From Neoconidiobolus thromboides FSU 785 (lineage: Eukaryota; Fungi; Entomophthoromycota), in assembly GCA_025603075.1 (NCBI GenBank), contig MU626264.1, positions 124,001 to 188,000 of the forward strand: a stretch of DNA of 64,000 nucleotides. Direction: 5' to 3'. Both the position numbers and the translations under genes were made by a program. Positions 23,136 through 36,195 of the stretch are shown here, one piece after another. The notes beneath the pieces are model-generated. The model was not told where the DNA came from. It made no database searches and saw only the letters and a program-made list of their open reading frames with translations. Numbering within the stretch: position 1 is the stretch's first letter; each line of letters begins with the position of its first letter.

Positions 23136-25615
23136 AAATAAATATTTTTAATTATAAAAAATGGTGGCTTAAACTGTTAATTTCTTTTTATAATTGCTGG
23201 AATTACTTGAGTTTTATTGGTGGATTCAAATCACTCTTCTTTAAGATAAATTTTTAATAAGATTAAATGGGCTTAATTAAACTAAATAAATACTTTTCAA
23301 TCTAATATATTAACTAAAAAAAATTGAACACTGTAATAGAATTATCTAATAATAATTATAAAAAAATAAACAAAGTTAAACTTTTTAGCAGAAATAACTC
23401 TAGTTTTAATCAGAATTGTTTCAATTTATACTGCCAATTTTTACATTTTGTTTATTTTTTATAACTTATTGTTGAAAACTTTAAAACAGTTTGCTTAAAT
23501 ATTATTCATGAGATAATTCTGATGGGGTGGAATACTATATCTCTTGTCCTTCGAATTGATTGGTCTATCCATCATGGCCAAGAGCTTACTATTGTTGGCA
23601 CTAATCCTATTTATGAAAAATAATAGAGTCTATTTATATCATAGATAGGAGTATAACATGATTAAAAACTATAAATAGTAATGTATATTATTTTATTAAT
23701 AAAAAGTTATTCTCTTAATCTGTTTCAATAAATTAAAAATAATAAATTATTGCTATTCAATTTTAATTGATTGATTCTAGATAATACAACTGATTCTTTT
23801 GGACTTAAGCAATAAAGTGATATTACCTTTGTATATTACTTTAGATTGTTATTTTAAAATATGAGCTTATTTTTCTATACTTTATTATTAAATTGTTCTT
23901 ACTTAATACCAAGTTTTTTGCTTCTGTTTTTGTAAACTATCGACTGGTCAATATTTTGTCTAATAGATATTTTAATATAAGCAACTCAGTACAAAATACA
24001 TACTGATGAAATTCCTGTGATAGCTAATTTAGTTTTCTAAATTTTAGCTTGTAATTTTATTAATCCAAATGCTTCTGCCCAATATTTCAATATTAATTTG
24101 AGCAAGGACAAAAGGGCCAAAAGATAATCTAACATCTATAAAGTTTAAGGGTATCGTAAAATAATCTAAGCTTTAAATTACACTTTTTAAAGATTTTAAA
24201 TGAAACACAAATAATAGCTAGATATTTTTTATAAATTTAGTCCAGCTCCGCCTATATAAAGCGGATAGTTTATTAAAATAGCGGATGAAAAAAAGATGGT
24301 TCTGTTATGTACATTCAATGGATTTAAGCATATAAGCTAATTAATAATATAATATTTAAAAGGTAGCAGAATAAAGGCCTCAACTCTAACATTAAAGTTA
24401 AGAGACCCTCTCCAAATACTATTTTTCAATTTTAATTATTCTTTTATACTAATAAACTTACTTGTCGGTTTAAACCAAGAGTTCAAAATGTTAAAAGATA
24501 TGATGTGATAAAATTAAAATGTCAACCTTATGGATATGCCTTCTTATCTAAAAGCTTATCTACTTTCCTATCAATTAAATACGACATTAACTCTTCAATT
24601 ACTTCTACAAGAAACATCAAGTGATACAACATATTGACTAATTCAAGGTGCTTTACAATTATTTAAATAGTATAATATCTATTTAGTTTATATAAGTGAG
24701 TGTGACAATAATTTTAAAAATAATTTTTATTATTATTTGTTTTACTTAAATCTTTAGCATTGTCATTAAATATTATAGGTAATTGACAATTTTTATAAGG
24801 TCTAGCATTCAATCAAATAATTTGATTAAAGCCAAGGAAATAATTTAGTATTTTGACATTAAGGGGATGTAATTAAATCAAAACGTAGAAGGATCAATTC
24901 AAAAGAGATGTAAATGTCTAGAACTTTAAAAATAGAGAGATTACATTTATTTTTAAATATTTTCTAGCTCATTTTATTACTAAATTTTAATTTAGTTTGC
25001 TTATGCAATATTTAATGGATGGTAACTTTTTATATTAGCTAAGTATAAAATCCCTTGTAAGTCTAGATTTACAAATGAAAATCTATTAATGTTATAGGCT
25101 TCTTTTGTCCGGTTAGATAGTTTTTCCTTTGGAATTTTCTGGATCATGGATTGATTAGTAAAAATAATAGGCAAGAAGTCGGTATTTTATATAATTCATT
25201 AAATCAAAACTCTCAAAAGATACACTTTATTAATCTCCATTGTCTAGATCTTGAATTCGCTAGAATTATTATTGACCTTATTTTCTTTTTATAATAAAAA
25301 GAGCACTTTTTTATAACTTGAACTGGAAATAAGGATTGTGTTAGATTAAGCTATTTACTCAATAAGTGTATTTTCCATATTTATATCTTTACCTTATCTC
25401 TGATTTGTATAAAATACCTTTTCAACATTTGATTACGATTACAGTTAAACATATTAAAACATTTTGAAAAATAAGATAGAATTACTAATGCTCTGTTAAT
25501 TTATTAACAATATAATTAAATATTTATTCTCTAAGTACAAAAATTATTAACAAAAACTGCGAATACAACTATTTTCATGCCTGTTTTGCTTAGAAATCAC
25601 CAAGCATAAATACGA

Positions 25616-25932
25616 TTACTTCCTACTTTCAATACTAGGTTTGTTGAAAGCATCATGACTTGGCCTTTTAGAAATAGGTGTGTTAACTAAATTCTCTAGT
25701 GGTGGTATATTACAAAAGTCATCTCTTTTATCAAGAAAGTCTCTCATTAAACTTAAAGCTTTGAGTTTATTCTAATGAAAAACTATTAATTCCTAAGTCA
25801 AATATTTAACATATTTCTAAAACTTACAATATCCTCTTTTTCCAAGTCCGTAACATCTTTTGTCATTTCGTTGTTAGGTAACACATCTCCTTTGTTTTCA
25901 GCTTCAAACAATAACTGTAACATATCGAACAT
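25616..25932 (-). CDS. Unidentified small spliced ORF (about 87 aa) or 3' remnant of a longer gene
   Basis: MFDMLQLLFEAENKGDVLPNNEMTKDVTDLEKEDI, then GTAAGT...TTCATTAG intron, then NKLKALSLMRDFLDKRDDFCNIPPLENLVNTPISKRPSHDAFNKPSIESRK*. Confidence 0.35.
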
Positions 25933-27495
25933 GATGGGGTATTTATTTTAGAAATAAAAAACGATTAATATTAAAATATCATTTAAATCTATTTAAACTA
26001 TTTATATAGTTTAAGGAAACGATCTAGACTCTAAATTATACATTATACAATTAGGAACAAGTTACATAGATGAAAAATAACTAATTCTTTCACTAGTGTA
26101 AATTGCCATATTAAAAGTGAGATCAACTAATAATAGACCTTTAAATTGAGTATATTCATTATGTTGTCCAATAAATTAATATAATAGTTTTAAAAATATG
26201 GATTCAGATTTAAACCTTGAATTCAGCCAATTACATTTTGTTTACTAGCACCACTTTTGTAATATCCATAAACTTAAATTTACTATTCTTTTTGTTTTAT
26301 TATACAAAGTATAGCGCACGGATTAAGAATTAAAGGGATCTTTAATTCTTAAATTCCATTATTTTTAATTCACTCCTACTCAAAAGTTTTTGTTATAATT
26401 CAACAATAGAGTATAGTTTTATATTGATATAATTATATATGAAAAAGAAGCGGAGATAGTAAAAAAATTAAAAGGACTATATATAGTTTAAAAAAATAAA
26501 ATCATGAGTTGAGTAAAAAAGAGAATTTCCACTTTTAGTATATCCCCATTGATATAAAAGAAAATGGTATCAAAACTCTTATTTTTATAACCGAACTTTT
26601 AACCCACAAATTTATGACAAGTATTAAGCTCCACATTTGTCACTATAAAGCAATATCTTGGAAATAATTATATTTTGTAGAATTATTTGTATTATTCATA
26701 AGAGTGGTTATATGTCTATTCTCTTAAAGCAGGAGCTTTAGGACAAAATATTTGTTATATTTTAAATCATAGAATATTTCATTAATTATTTCTCTACTTT
26801 CGACAGTAGCAGCTATATTAATTAAGGCTGAACTTAATAATATACAGTTAAATGATCACAAACTAAATCCATAAAAATCAAAGCCTAAGAACTTTATTAA
26901 TAGCGTAATCATTTCAAAGTAACCATTTTAAAACACCAATTAATAAATGTGAAGTTCTAATATGGCTATTGACTCTTCTACTAAGTCGAAAAATTAAATT
27001 ACTCATAGTTTAATTTTTGTCCAGTATTTTATATGCACAAAACCCCTTAAATTTTTTGCTATGAAATATACACTAAATGGAATAAATTGTGCACAGAAGA
27101 AATACTCTCTCTAATACAAAAACAGCCCAAAAATAACGCTACCACATTCTCCTCCATATTTATATTCTCTTGTGTCTTTTAACTATAGCGAAAGCTTAAA
27201 ACTTTCAACCAACTAAAAAACAACTATTTTTTAAAAATTGCTATTATTAATTTTAGATTAGGTTCATACTTACATAGATATAGAAAACGCACTAAATACG
27301 ATAAAAAATAAGCCCTGCTGATATGTTACTATTATAAGTATTCATACTAGAGTTCTTTATATCAAATATCTTATTTCAATTTCATAATATTACATCATAT
27401 ATAATAAAATCTTTTAGAATAACCTGTGTGATTAAGGTGTTAAATTGTAATTTTCTAAAAGCATCTTTGTAGTAATATTAGATAAATAAAGATAT

Positions 27496-27587
27496 AGAAG
27501 TGTATTATTTGTTTAAGAATTTTATTGATAGTTTTTCTACTCAGATAGCACTTAAAAAATAGAAAAAGTAATGAAAAGAACATCCTC
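27496..27587 (+). mobile_element. MITE family copy 11 (diverged)
   Basis: Core TTTAAGAATTTTA...GATAGCACTTAAAAAATAGAAAAAGTAATGAA...ACATCCTC. Confidence 0.75.
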
Positions 27588-27804
27588 ATATAAAGCTTAA
27601 AACATTACCTTTAGTTGAAAGTGTTTTAATAAAAACGTTTAACTCAACCATTGGAATAAACGAACAATAAGATAAATTTGATATAGTTTATGTCATTTGA
27701 ATAAAAAATGAGTAAATACTAAGATAACCTTTTTATAACCTACATATTTATATATAGTATAAATAAAGGAAAACTTATGACTTTATTTTTCAATTTAATA
27801 TAAA

Positions 27805-29145
27805 ATGAGTACCTTAAAATTAGATAACTCACCCAACATTCCAGCCGATACTATTTTTAGATCCTTGTCTCCGGATGAATCATTTGATTTAAGGTTTTTA
27901 AATAAGGTATTGTTTAAACAAATTAACCATCTCATTTCTTATAACTTATGCTATTCAGCCTACTTATGTTCATCAGCCTACTCATGGATCCAATACACTT
28001 TGTAAAGGTCACAGTGATGATGTACAATAATTGAAAAGAACGAACGAATAATTAAACTATTTAAAGTTATGCACCAAAAGTAAAATATTATATGTTGATT
28101 ACTCGAAATTACCCAATGTCTCTTGTTGAATAGCTTAGTACCACAAATAGCTCCTTTATCTAAAGAACATGATATTAACTATTAAGAAGGACTGCAAAAC
28201 TATTTTATTAAAGTATATGTATTTATTATTTAAAATTAAAAAATCCACTGCTACAATCAAAGGCTCGATCGATTTAGATTATCTTATCAAATTACTTGAT
28301 ACAGATCAGCTCAAGACTTTAATAATTAGACATGCTTAAATCAAACTAAATGGGATTGAAAAATTAAAGGGGTCTTTTACCCAGATAAAGAAGCTGGTAA
28401 TTATTTTTGGTATATTTTCGATGTCTTCAAGTTTAAGTAATGGTCCAAAATTTTATTTACTTGAAATATTGAAGTTGATAAGTACACCGATAAATAAAGT
28501 TGACTTAAGTTATTTAGATGATGTTTTTAGAATAAAGAAGTGTATGCAATTATAGATGATTTCATATGTGATGATATGTTTAAATTATCACATCCAAATA
28601 CTGAATTTTTTGGCTTCACTAAATTAATGTCCAATATAAGTCTGCTTTCTGACTTTTCGTGTTTAAAAGAAATACATATTAGTGGCTTAGATATTTTTGA
28701 GCCTACTTTTAAAACTATTTTACATTTACAAAATCCCCAAATATTAACTATCCATAGACCAAAGTGTACAAATCGAGGGTCTGGTTTGAAACATTATGTT
28801 TCTGAGGCTTCAAAAATAAACATAGGATAGTATACGGAAACAACAATTTTATACACTCTAAGTCAATTGAAAAAGCAATTTTTAAATGATATAACATCTC
28901 AACTAATAATATATTTCATATGATACTCCTTTTGCATAACACCAAAGTAGTTACTTTTATAAATGGAGAATGCTATTATCATAATTCTAAAATAATCAAG
29001 CTAGTTTGCTATAAGAAACAGTTTTTAGTTCAAATTGATAAAAAAATCCATAAGTGATAGTGAGTTAAAATTTAATAATCTACTTTCTCGCTTTGAGTAT
29101 TATAAAAATACTGCTTTAGGTATTTCACGATTCCAGTTAAAATAA
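27805..29145 (+). pseudogene. F-box/LRR pseudogene, paralog of 18867-20252
   Basis: MSTLKLDNSPNIPADTIFRSLSPDESFDLRFLNKVLFKQINHLI aligns with MTTLKLDNLPDIVADTIFDFLSPDVLYDLRFLNKALFKQINQLI; collinear downstream fragments (IDDFI, SHPNTEFFGFT, KFNNLLSRF) broken by stops and frameshifts. Confidence 0.85.
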
Positions 29146-29192
29146 ATCATTTATGCTATTATTTTTCATTTGTAATTTTCTATTTATTATAT

Positions 29193-29289
29193 GGGGATGT
29201 TTTTTTTGATTTTATTACTTTTTCGATTTTTCAAGTGCTATTTGAGTAGAATAATTGCTAGTAAAATTCTTAAACAAAAATGCGTCCCC
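29193..29289 (-). mobile_element. MITE family copy 12
   Basis: GGGGATGTTTTTTT ... GCGTCCCC with core. Confidence 0.85.
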
Positions 29290-29436
29290 GTATTTTAAAG
29301 AACAAGCTAATAACAGAAGCATTTTAAGTTTAGATTAATAATATAGCTTATGGTGTCATATTTATCTCCTATGCATCTATGTTTTTACTTTTAAAAACAC
29401 TAAATAACCTCATATACAATTTTAGCAATACCATAT

Positions 29437-29535
29437 GGGAGTGTTTTTTTTGACTTCATTATTTTTTCCATTTTTTAAGCGCTATTTGAGCGGAAAATTT
29501 GTTAGTAAAATTCTTAAACACAAAAATACATCCCC
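29437..29535 (-). mobile_element. MITE family copy 13 (GGGAGTG subtype)
   Basis: Intact TIRs, ATAT flanks. Confidence 0.92.
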
Positions 29536-30571
29536 ATATAGATTATTTTATAATACAAAAATCTTGTATTGATAAATGCTACAATTTGTATTTATATTTA
29601 AAGTTTTAGAATATATAAAGTTTCTGAAAAACATCTAAACTATTCCTTCTGCCATTTTTAAAACGCTACTTTTTTCTCAAACAAAATCCACTTTAGCATA
29701 TATGGTTAAATAAAAGATATTTGTTTATGATATAGCATTTTACCTTATTCTTTATGATTTCCGTAGAATAATATTTTAAAAAATAAAGGATATTATGTAG
29801 ATAACATGTTACTTTTCTACCATTCTTAATTTTATTAATCAAGCCTTTCATGTTTTTACCATCCAAGATTTTAAGGAAGCATACCTCAGACTTTATAACG
29901 ATAGCGGGGTTTTGGGTCATCTACTCTTTTACATAAATTTATCCTCAAATGACCAAATGACCACTACCTTTGGATGTGCTCATCTTCCTCACTTTCGAGT
30001 AGTGTTGTACAAAATGTAGTTTTCCCATATGAAGTCCAACCTAATCAAATACTAGCTTGTCAATTAAACTTAGAGTGTTTCTCCAATTAGCGCAATCATA
30101 TCTCTCCTCTCTTATCACATCCCGGTTCCTCCAGTCATATTATTGACCAGTTCGTTATAAACCTTTCTTATCTTCAACTATGAATAACTTGTGATTTTTA
30201 CTATTTTAAGGTTTTAAAGGAGCAGTCTATGACTTAAATTGAAACACTTTCATGGAATCTTCATAATTCCCTTGAAAACGACTAACCTAAAAGAAATTGT
30301 TTATCTTTGGCTTTTCCAACTCAAATTTCACTCGAATTATATAAATACAGTAATAGTAAACATCTAAGCTAATGTACTATATGTTATGTTTATCACCCTT
30401 CCACTAGTTTATCATTGTGTTTATCAGTTTTATAAAATAAATTCTAGTTTAATATATGGATCTCAGTTATTCTTAAAATATCAAAGTTATAAATAGAATA
30501 ATTAAGATATCGTATGGCTAAATATATTAGATTATAATAAAAAATAGTGTTTATATAAAATAAGAACCAAG

Positions 30572-31953
30572 TTAGTCTTTTTCGATATCCGCGAAATATG
30601 GGTGAGAAAGTGCTGCATGAGCAGTAATTCTCTTAGAAGGATCATATTCTAACAAGCGCTAATAAGATATCATTAAGTATAAACAAAAACTATCATATAA
30701 TATAATATAGTACCATAAGTAAATCAACACCTTGTGGTTCTAATTTTGGAACCAAAGGAGCAAGTGAAGTAGCTGGAAAATGTGGGAATGGCTTAAAATC
30801 AGGTAGAAGAGAGACCCCAGGCCACGTTAATTCGGTTGGAGTTCCTAGTATTTTGAAAATCCTTACTAATTGATCTTTTACTGAATTTCCTGGAAATAAT
30901 GGTAATCCAGATGACATTTCTATAAGAATTATTTTATTATTTATCATATAATAAAGCAAAGCTGAAATACCTGCAAATATACAACCAACTGACCAAATAT
31001 CAATAGCTGTATCATAATGTCTCGATCCCATTAATACGTCGGGTGGACGATACCATAGGGTAACAACCTAGTAATTAATTAACTTAGCTTTATTTAATTA
31101 TCCGTAGCTATTACTTCATGAGAATAACTTCTAACGGGGATACCAAAAGCTCTAGCCAAACCAAAATCTGCTAATTTTAGTTCTCCTTTCTTCATAAAGT
31201 ATAAGATTAATTAAGCTATTATAAGTAACTAAGATTTTATATATACCTTATTTATAAGTAAATTGTGAGGCTTTAAATCCTAAATTATTCATGAATCATT
31301 CGTCAATAAAGTATTATACTGATATTTACTCTATGTAGAACTCTATTATGGTGACAAAAAGCCAACCCCATTAATAGTTGGTATAGTAAATGCTAAAATA
31401 GTTTAATATGATTTTATGGTTTTTATATACTAAAATACTACCTTAACAGTTATAGGCTCTAATTCTCCATTAAATGCATCCATATATTTCTTTAAATCGG
31501 AATCACAAAACTCAAAAACCAAGACCAATTTTTTATCCACATGAAGCACATCGTGTAATCTATTCTTATTTTAATTTGGAACAGGACTGATTCAATTAAG
31601 TTTACTTTACTACATTAAAATGCTTTAACTCTTTTAATAAAGATATTTCTCTTATAGCTGTACAAGGCACCTAATTTAAGTAAGAATCATAGTAGATTAT
31701 CTATATTATTATATACCCCTTCTTCTTCGTTGTCCAATCTTATACGTTTTAATGCAACAAACTCATTGGTTTCTAAATTTTGTGCTTTATAAACAATACC
31801 ATAGGTTCCTATAAATCGACGATTACAATTATGCTTAGTATAATTTAAGTCGTTTATCTATTACCTTCGCCTAATTTTTCAATACGCTATATATGTGTTA
31901 ATGGTTAATAATAACAGAATGATAGTTGATCTTATTACTTTATACTTTTCCAT
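30572..31953 (-). CDS. CDK5: CDK5/PHO85-family cyclin-dependent kinase with PCTAIRE motif, 11 exons
   Basis: Spliced MEKYK|RIEKLGE|GTYGIVYKA...EEG|[17 protein letters not shown]...HR|DLKPHNLL...[20 protein letters not shown]|[14 protein letters not shown]...[10 protein letters not shown]. Confidence 0.8.
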
Positions 31954-32282
31954 TTCAATTTCAATTTCAATTTCAAAATAAAACTTGAATTTTAAAAACA
32001 AAACTTGAATTTTAAAAATTAAAAATGAATAATCAACAAGTTAGTTTTAAGCCAATCATTCTAGCCATAACTTTCAGCATGTATAAAACTTTAACTTGGA
32101 AAAATAAAGGAATATTATGTTTGAAATAGTATAAATAGTATAATATTAAAGTATAGACTGAATACTAAGCTCTATATTGTGAGTATATAAACTGCTAAAT
32201 ACTTAATAATATCCTAGTTTAATATAAAAAATGAATAATAACACTAATTAATCCGTGAAAATAAACAAAATTTCATCTTTAT

Positions 32283-32765
32283 TTAAAGTAGTTCTGGCAT
32301 TCTTAATACCTTCTTCTCTCTATTTTTAGCATGTTCTTTAATTAATTGGAATACTTTTAGTCCTTCGATATTTGCTGGAGGAGTTCTTTCTTCGGTTGCC
32401 CAATAATAAATATCCCAATCATTTTCATTTAATAATTGATCGAACTGCTTACAATCTTCATAAGATAAATCATTTAAATATTTTCCAACAAAGGTTGATA
32501 AGATTAAATCAGTCTCTAATATACCTCGTTTACGACATTGGTAAACTAACCTTCGTCGTAGATTCTCTTCGCTTTCTTTACTTCTATCTTGTAATGGAAT
32601 ACTAAATGGATATTCTGGTACCTCGTATAAATTACCGAATTTATCCACTCCTTTATTATTTTGTTCATTAATAAAACTGGTGTTATGTATCTTATTAATT
32701 GAGATAGCTCTCAAATTACAGATAGTTTGTTTATTCAATATTCTTTTAATAATTAAGCGACTCAT
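32283..32765 (-). CDS. SDHAF2: Succinate dehydrogenase assembly factor 2 (flavinator)
   Basis: RRRLVYQCRKRGILETDLIL, ENDWDIYYWAT; N-terminal mitochondrial targeting-like segment. Confidence 0.93.
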   Translation of the reverse strand: MSRLIIKRILNKQTICNLRAISINKIHNTSFINEQNNKGVDKFGNLYEVPEYPFSIPLQDRSKESEENLRRRLVYQCRKRGILETDLILSTFVGKYLNDLSYEDCKQFDQLLNENDWDIYYWATEERTPPANIEGLKVFQLIKEHAKNREKKVLRMPELL

Positions 32766-32904
32766 TTCAACAAGAGAAGCTTTTGCTTCTTTTTTGGAGT
32801 TTTATAAATTTAAAATTAGCCAATAGTTTTATCCAAAAGAAATTATATTTTAATAAAATCGAAAGATTATAATAGTCACATAATAAAATAACGTTTTATT
32901 AAAC

Positions 32905-33777
32905 CTAAGGTTTTGATTGAATTTGACGAATGAAGCTAATATATGTATTGACACGAGAATATACCTAAAAAATAAATAATTGCTAAAATATATTATGAGT
33001 AAACTTACAGTTGGTGCTTCTGGGGCTAAGCATTGGCTACCAGATACGAAACTTGCAATACCAACTTGAATGTTTCCGCCTTGTTTAACAAATAAAGGAC
33101 TACCAGAGTCGCCGTTACAAGCGCCTAATAAAAAAATTAGTGTTCCATATCTATATTTATCCCTATGTATATATACTTTTAAGTCCCTCTTTATATCCGG
33201 CACAGATATGATGTTCTTTCTTTAAGAAATTTCCATAAGCAGTATTGCATGGGTCATGACTATAAACTGGTAATATAGCTTCTCTTAATACTGGAGATAA
33301 GGTGTTGGTGTTTGGGTTAGTTCTACCCCATCCAACCCCAATGGTTTGTAAACCAACAGTTTGACCAATGTTAGAAGAATCTAAAGTAACAAATTCAACT
33401 TGAATATTACTTGGAATTGGGGCAGCTAATTTCCAAACAGATACATCATAAGTCAATGTATTAGAAGAATATTGTGGATGACTATTGATGGATTTTACTA
33501 ATAAACTTGCACCATTTTCACTAGCTGCAGTCTTTCTTAAATCGTGACGATGTACATTGACAGTAACACTTGAAGGGGTTGTTTGGGAACAATGAGCAGC
33601 AGTAATAATAGTATTACGGTCAAGGATAGAACCACCACAGAAGTGACTACCACTTCTTTGTAATGAAACAACAAATGGGTGTGAGAAAGGTACTGACTCT
33701 TGACCATTAATGATTCTTTGATCTTGTCCAGATACAACACCAGCAATGAGGAATAAAGAATAAAGACTGAATTTCAT
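32905..33777 (-). CDS. Secreted S1A serine protease with elastase-type pocket, 3 exons
   Basis: Signal peptide, QR|IING activation site, TAAHC, YDVSVWKL, spliced KSACNGDSGSP, GIASFVS, PTVYSRV. Confidence 0.92.
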
Positions 33778-34658
33778 TTTATAAAACTAATTTTAGTTTA
33801 GTTCATTATTTTAGATATTTTGAATATTTATACTTATAATAAATGTAACTTTCGTTCATTATAATTCTATTAATCAGCTGAGTAATAATATGAGTGGTCA
33901 TCATAATACCACCTGTATTTTATTTTAGTTAGTAAACTAAACCATTGATAAACATAAAATATGGTTCCCACGATACAAATTAATCATAAAAGCTACATAT
34001 AGTTGACAATAAACAATTATTTTAGTAAATTATTTATGTATCTACTTTAGCATTGATGGATTTCTAATAGTATAGATATACACTATAGCCATAGCTTTGA
34101 TAATAACATAGTTATAGTATTTTTTCTTATGATTAATCATTTAAGGAATGACAGTTATAGTTATCTCATTTTGATACATAACAAGTTAACTCAACCATCG
34201 TAATTACCCAGTGTTAATATATTAAAAACCCGAAAAAACAATAAAATTTAATCTTTTTATTAAAAATAGAAAACTTTGGCTATTTAAGAGCAGTATGATA
34301 CTGGTATTGTCATTTATTTTTTATAACAATTTTAAGAATAAAGTTAGTCTGACTTAGCAAGTCGTCCAATTGAAAAAATATTTTTTAATTAAGCTAAAAA
34401 TAACGTTATTAAGTAATGGTGCTTTAGGATATAGTATAGAAAACAATAGAATAGACTAATGTTCTTGTATTGATATTTATTTTATTTTATTTTATTTTTG
34501 CGCGGAAAATAAATCTTATTATGATTGATCTGTTATAAAAAAAACTCTCAATGTTTTTCGTTTCTGTCTTGTACATTTTTTGCACGCAAATAATAGAATT
34601 TAGTTACATTTCAGACAAAAAAGATATTTCCGATTTTAATGTTTTAATTTCAATATAT

Positions 34659-34759
34659 GGGGATGTTTTTTTTTGGTTTCATCACCTTTTCGATTTCTTA
34701 AGTGCTGTTTGAGCAGAAAGATTGTTAATAAAATTCTTGAATAAAAAAAATATATCCCC
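34659..34759 (-). mobile_element. MITE family copy 14
   Basis: TIRs intact, ATAT flanks. Confidence 0.88.
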
Positions 34760-34965
34760 ATATGTTTTATGTTTTATAAATTATTTAAAGTCATAAAATT
34801 AAATCAAAATTATTATAAAAATATAAAATCCATTTTTTATTTTAATATATAGTTTTATTATAAAAAATTATGTTCTATTATTTATTAACATGAAATAAAA
34901 TACAATATAATATAATATAATAAGCAAATATAAAACTTATTTAATTATCAATAAGCTCAATATAT

Positions 34966-35064
34966 GAGAGTGTTTTTTTTGGCTTCATTATTTTTTCCGT
35001 TTTTTAAGCGCTATTTGAGTGGAAAATATGTTAGTAAAATTCTTAAATACAAAAATACATCCCC
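34966..35064 (-). mobile_element. MITE family copy 15 (GAGAGTG subtype)
   Basis: Core and right TIR intact, ATAT flanks. Confidence 0.9.
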
Positions 35065-36195
35065 ATATCTTTAAAACATATTTCTAATATATTGAACCAA
35101 GATTCTATGATTAGTCAAAAAAATAGACTAAAAAGATTTTTATTTATTTATTTATATAAAAATAAAAACTATAAAAATATCGCAATGTTTAAAAAGTTAA
35201 AATTGTTTAACTAGATTCACACTTCTACAGCTTTCATTCCACATTGACCCCTTATGTCCCTTTTTTCGTTCCCTTTTACTGCCGCAAGCATCTACAATAC
35301 TTATAAGAGGTTTTTCGCTCATCAATTTATTAATGATACCCATAACCCCATCACCTCTATTAAATCTCTAACCTTGATCTCTTTGACTTAGTTAAGCCTA
35401 AAGAGGACTAAAATACTTTGAAGGGATTCTGAGCCTACTAGTTTAATACCCTCCTTGTAACATTTTTGAAGAGTTATTTTTTTTTATATTGTTTTTATTT
35501 TGATAAATAAAGTACTTAGTGTCTAGACTTTTAAAGATGAAAAACTTTTATTAAATTAGCTTGAACATATTAAAAAAAAGGTATTAGAAAAAAACTTTTT
35601 AACAATTAAATCAAATAAGACACTCATGTTTTAAGTACTTTATTTATATTAAAACAATAGTTTTGATCCTTTCTATCAACAATTAATTGATTATAACCAA
35701 TTTGCAAATTTTCATTGCAAAATTAGCCGCGAATTTTGTCCAAAAGAATCTAGATACATTTATAGTCATAGTAATTTCCGCCTAAAAATACACTAGACTA
35801 TAAAAACTAATGGGCATTTATTCACTTAAAAAACAATGGAGAAAATTAAGAAATTGGGATAAGTGTTAAGGGGATTTTTTAGGTCCTAATATAAAAAGTA
35901 AAAGGAATAGTTTGGTATAGTTTTTTGAATAATTCAAGACTGACTTTTAGCGGATCGGTGAATACTGAACGGGTGTTTTGTTAAAAGATCTAGTCCGAAA
36001 AAAGGCTTATGAGATTCAATAATAATTACTGTACATTATCTACCTAAAGTTTTTTTAAATTTTAACTTTATGATTACAAATCATAAATCAAAAAGCTACA
36101 GTAAACATTCACAACTTAAAACAAACTTATAAAAATTTCCTATCAAATTATTGTAAAAAAACATATAATTTATTAAACTAAAAAGAATCAAAGAC

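Noticed and set aside
24247-24265. TCCGC-CTATATAAA-GCGGA hairpin as a Helitron 3' end
   Set aside because: No CTRR terminus at the expected distance and no second copy seen
23510-25200. Patchy coding-like fragments (for example MGWNTISLVLRIDWSIHHGQELTIVGTNP)
   Set aside because: Could not be assembled into a consistent frame or assigned to a family
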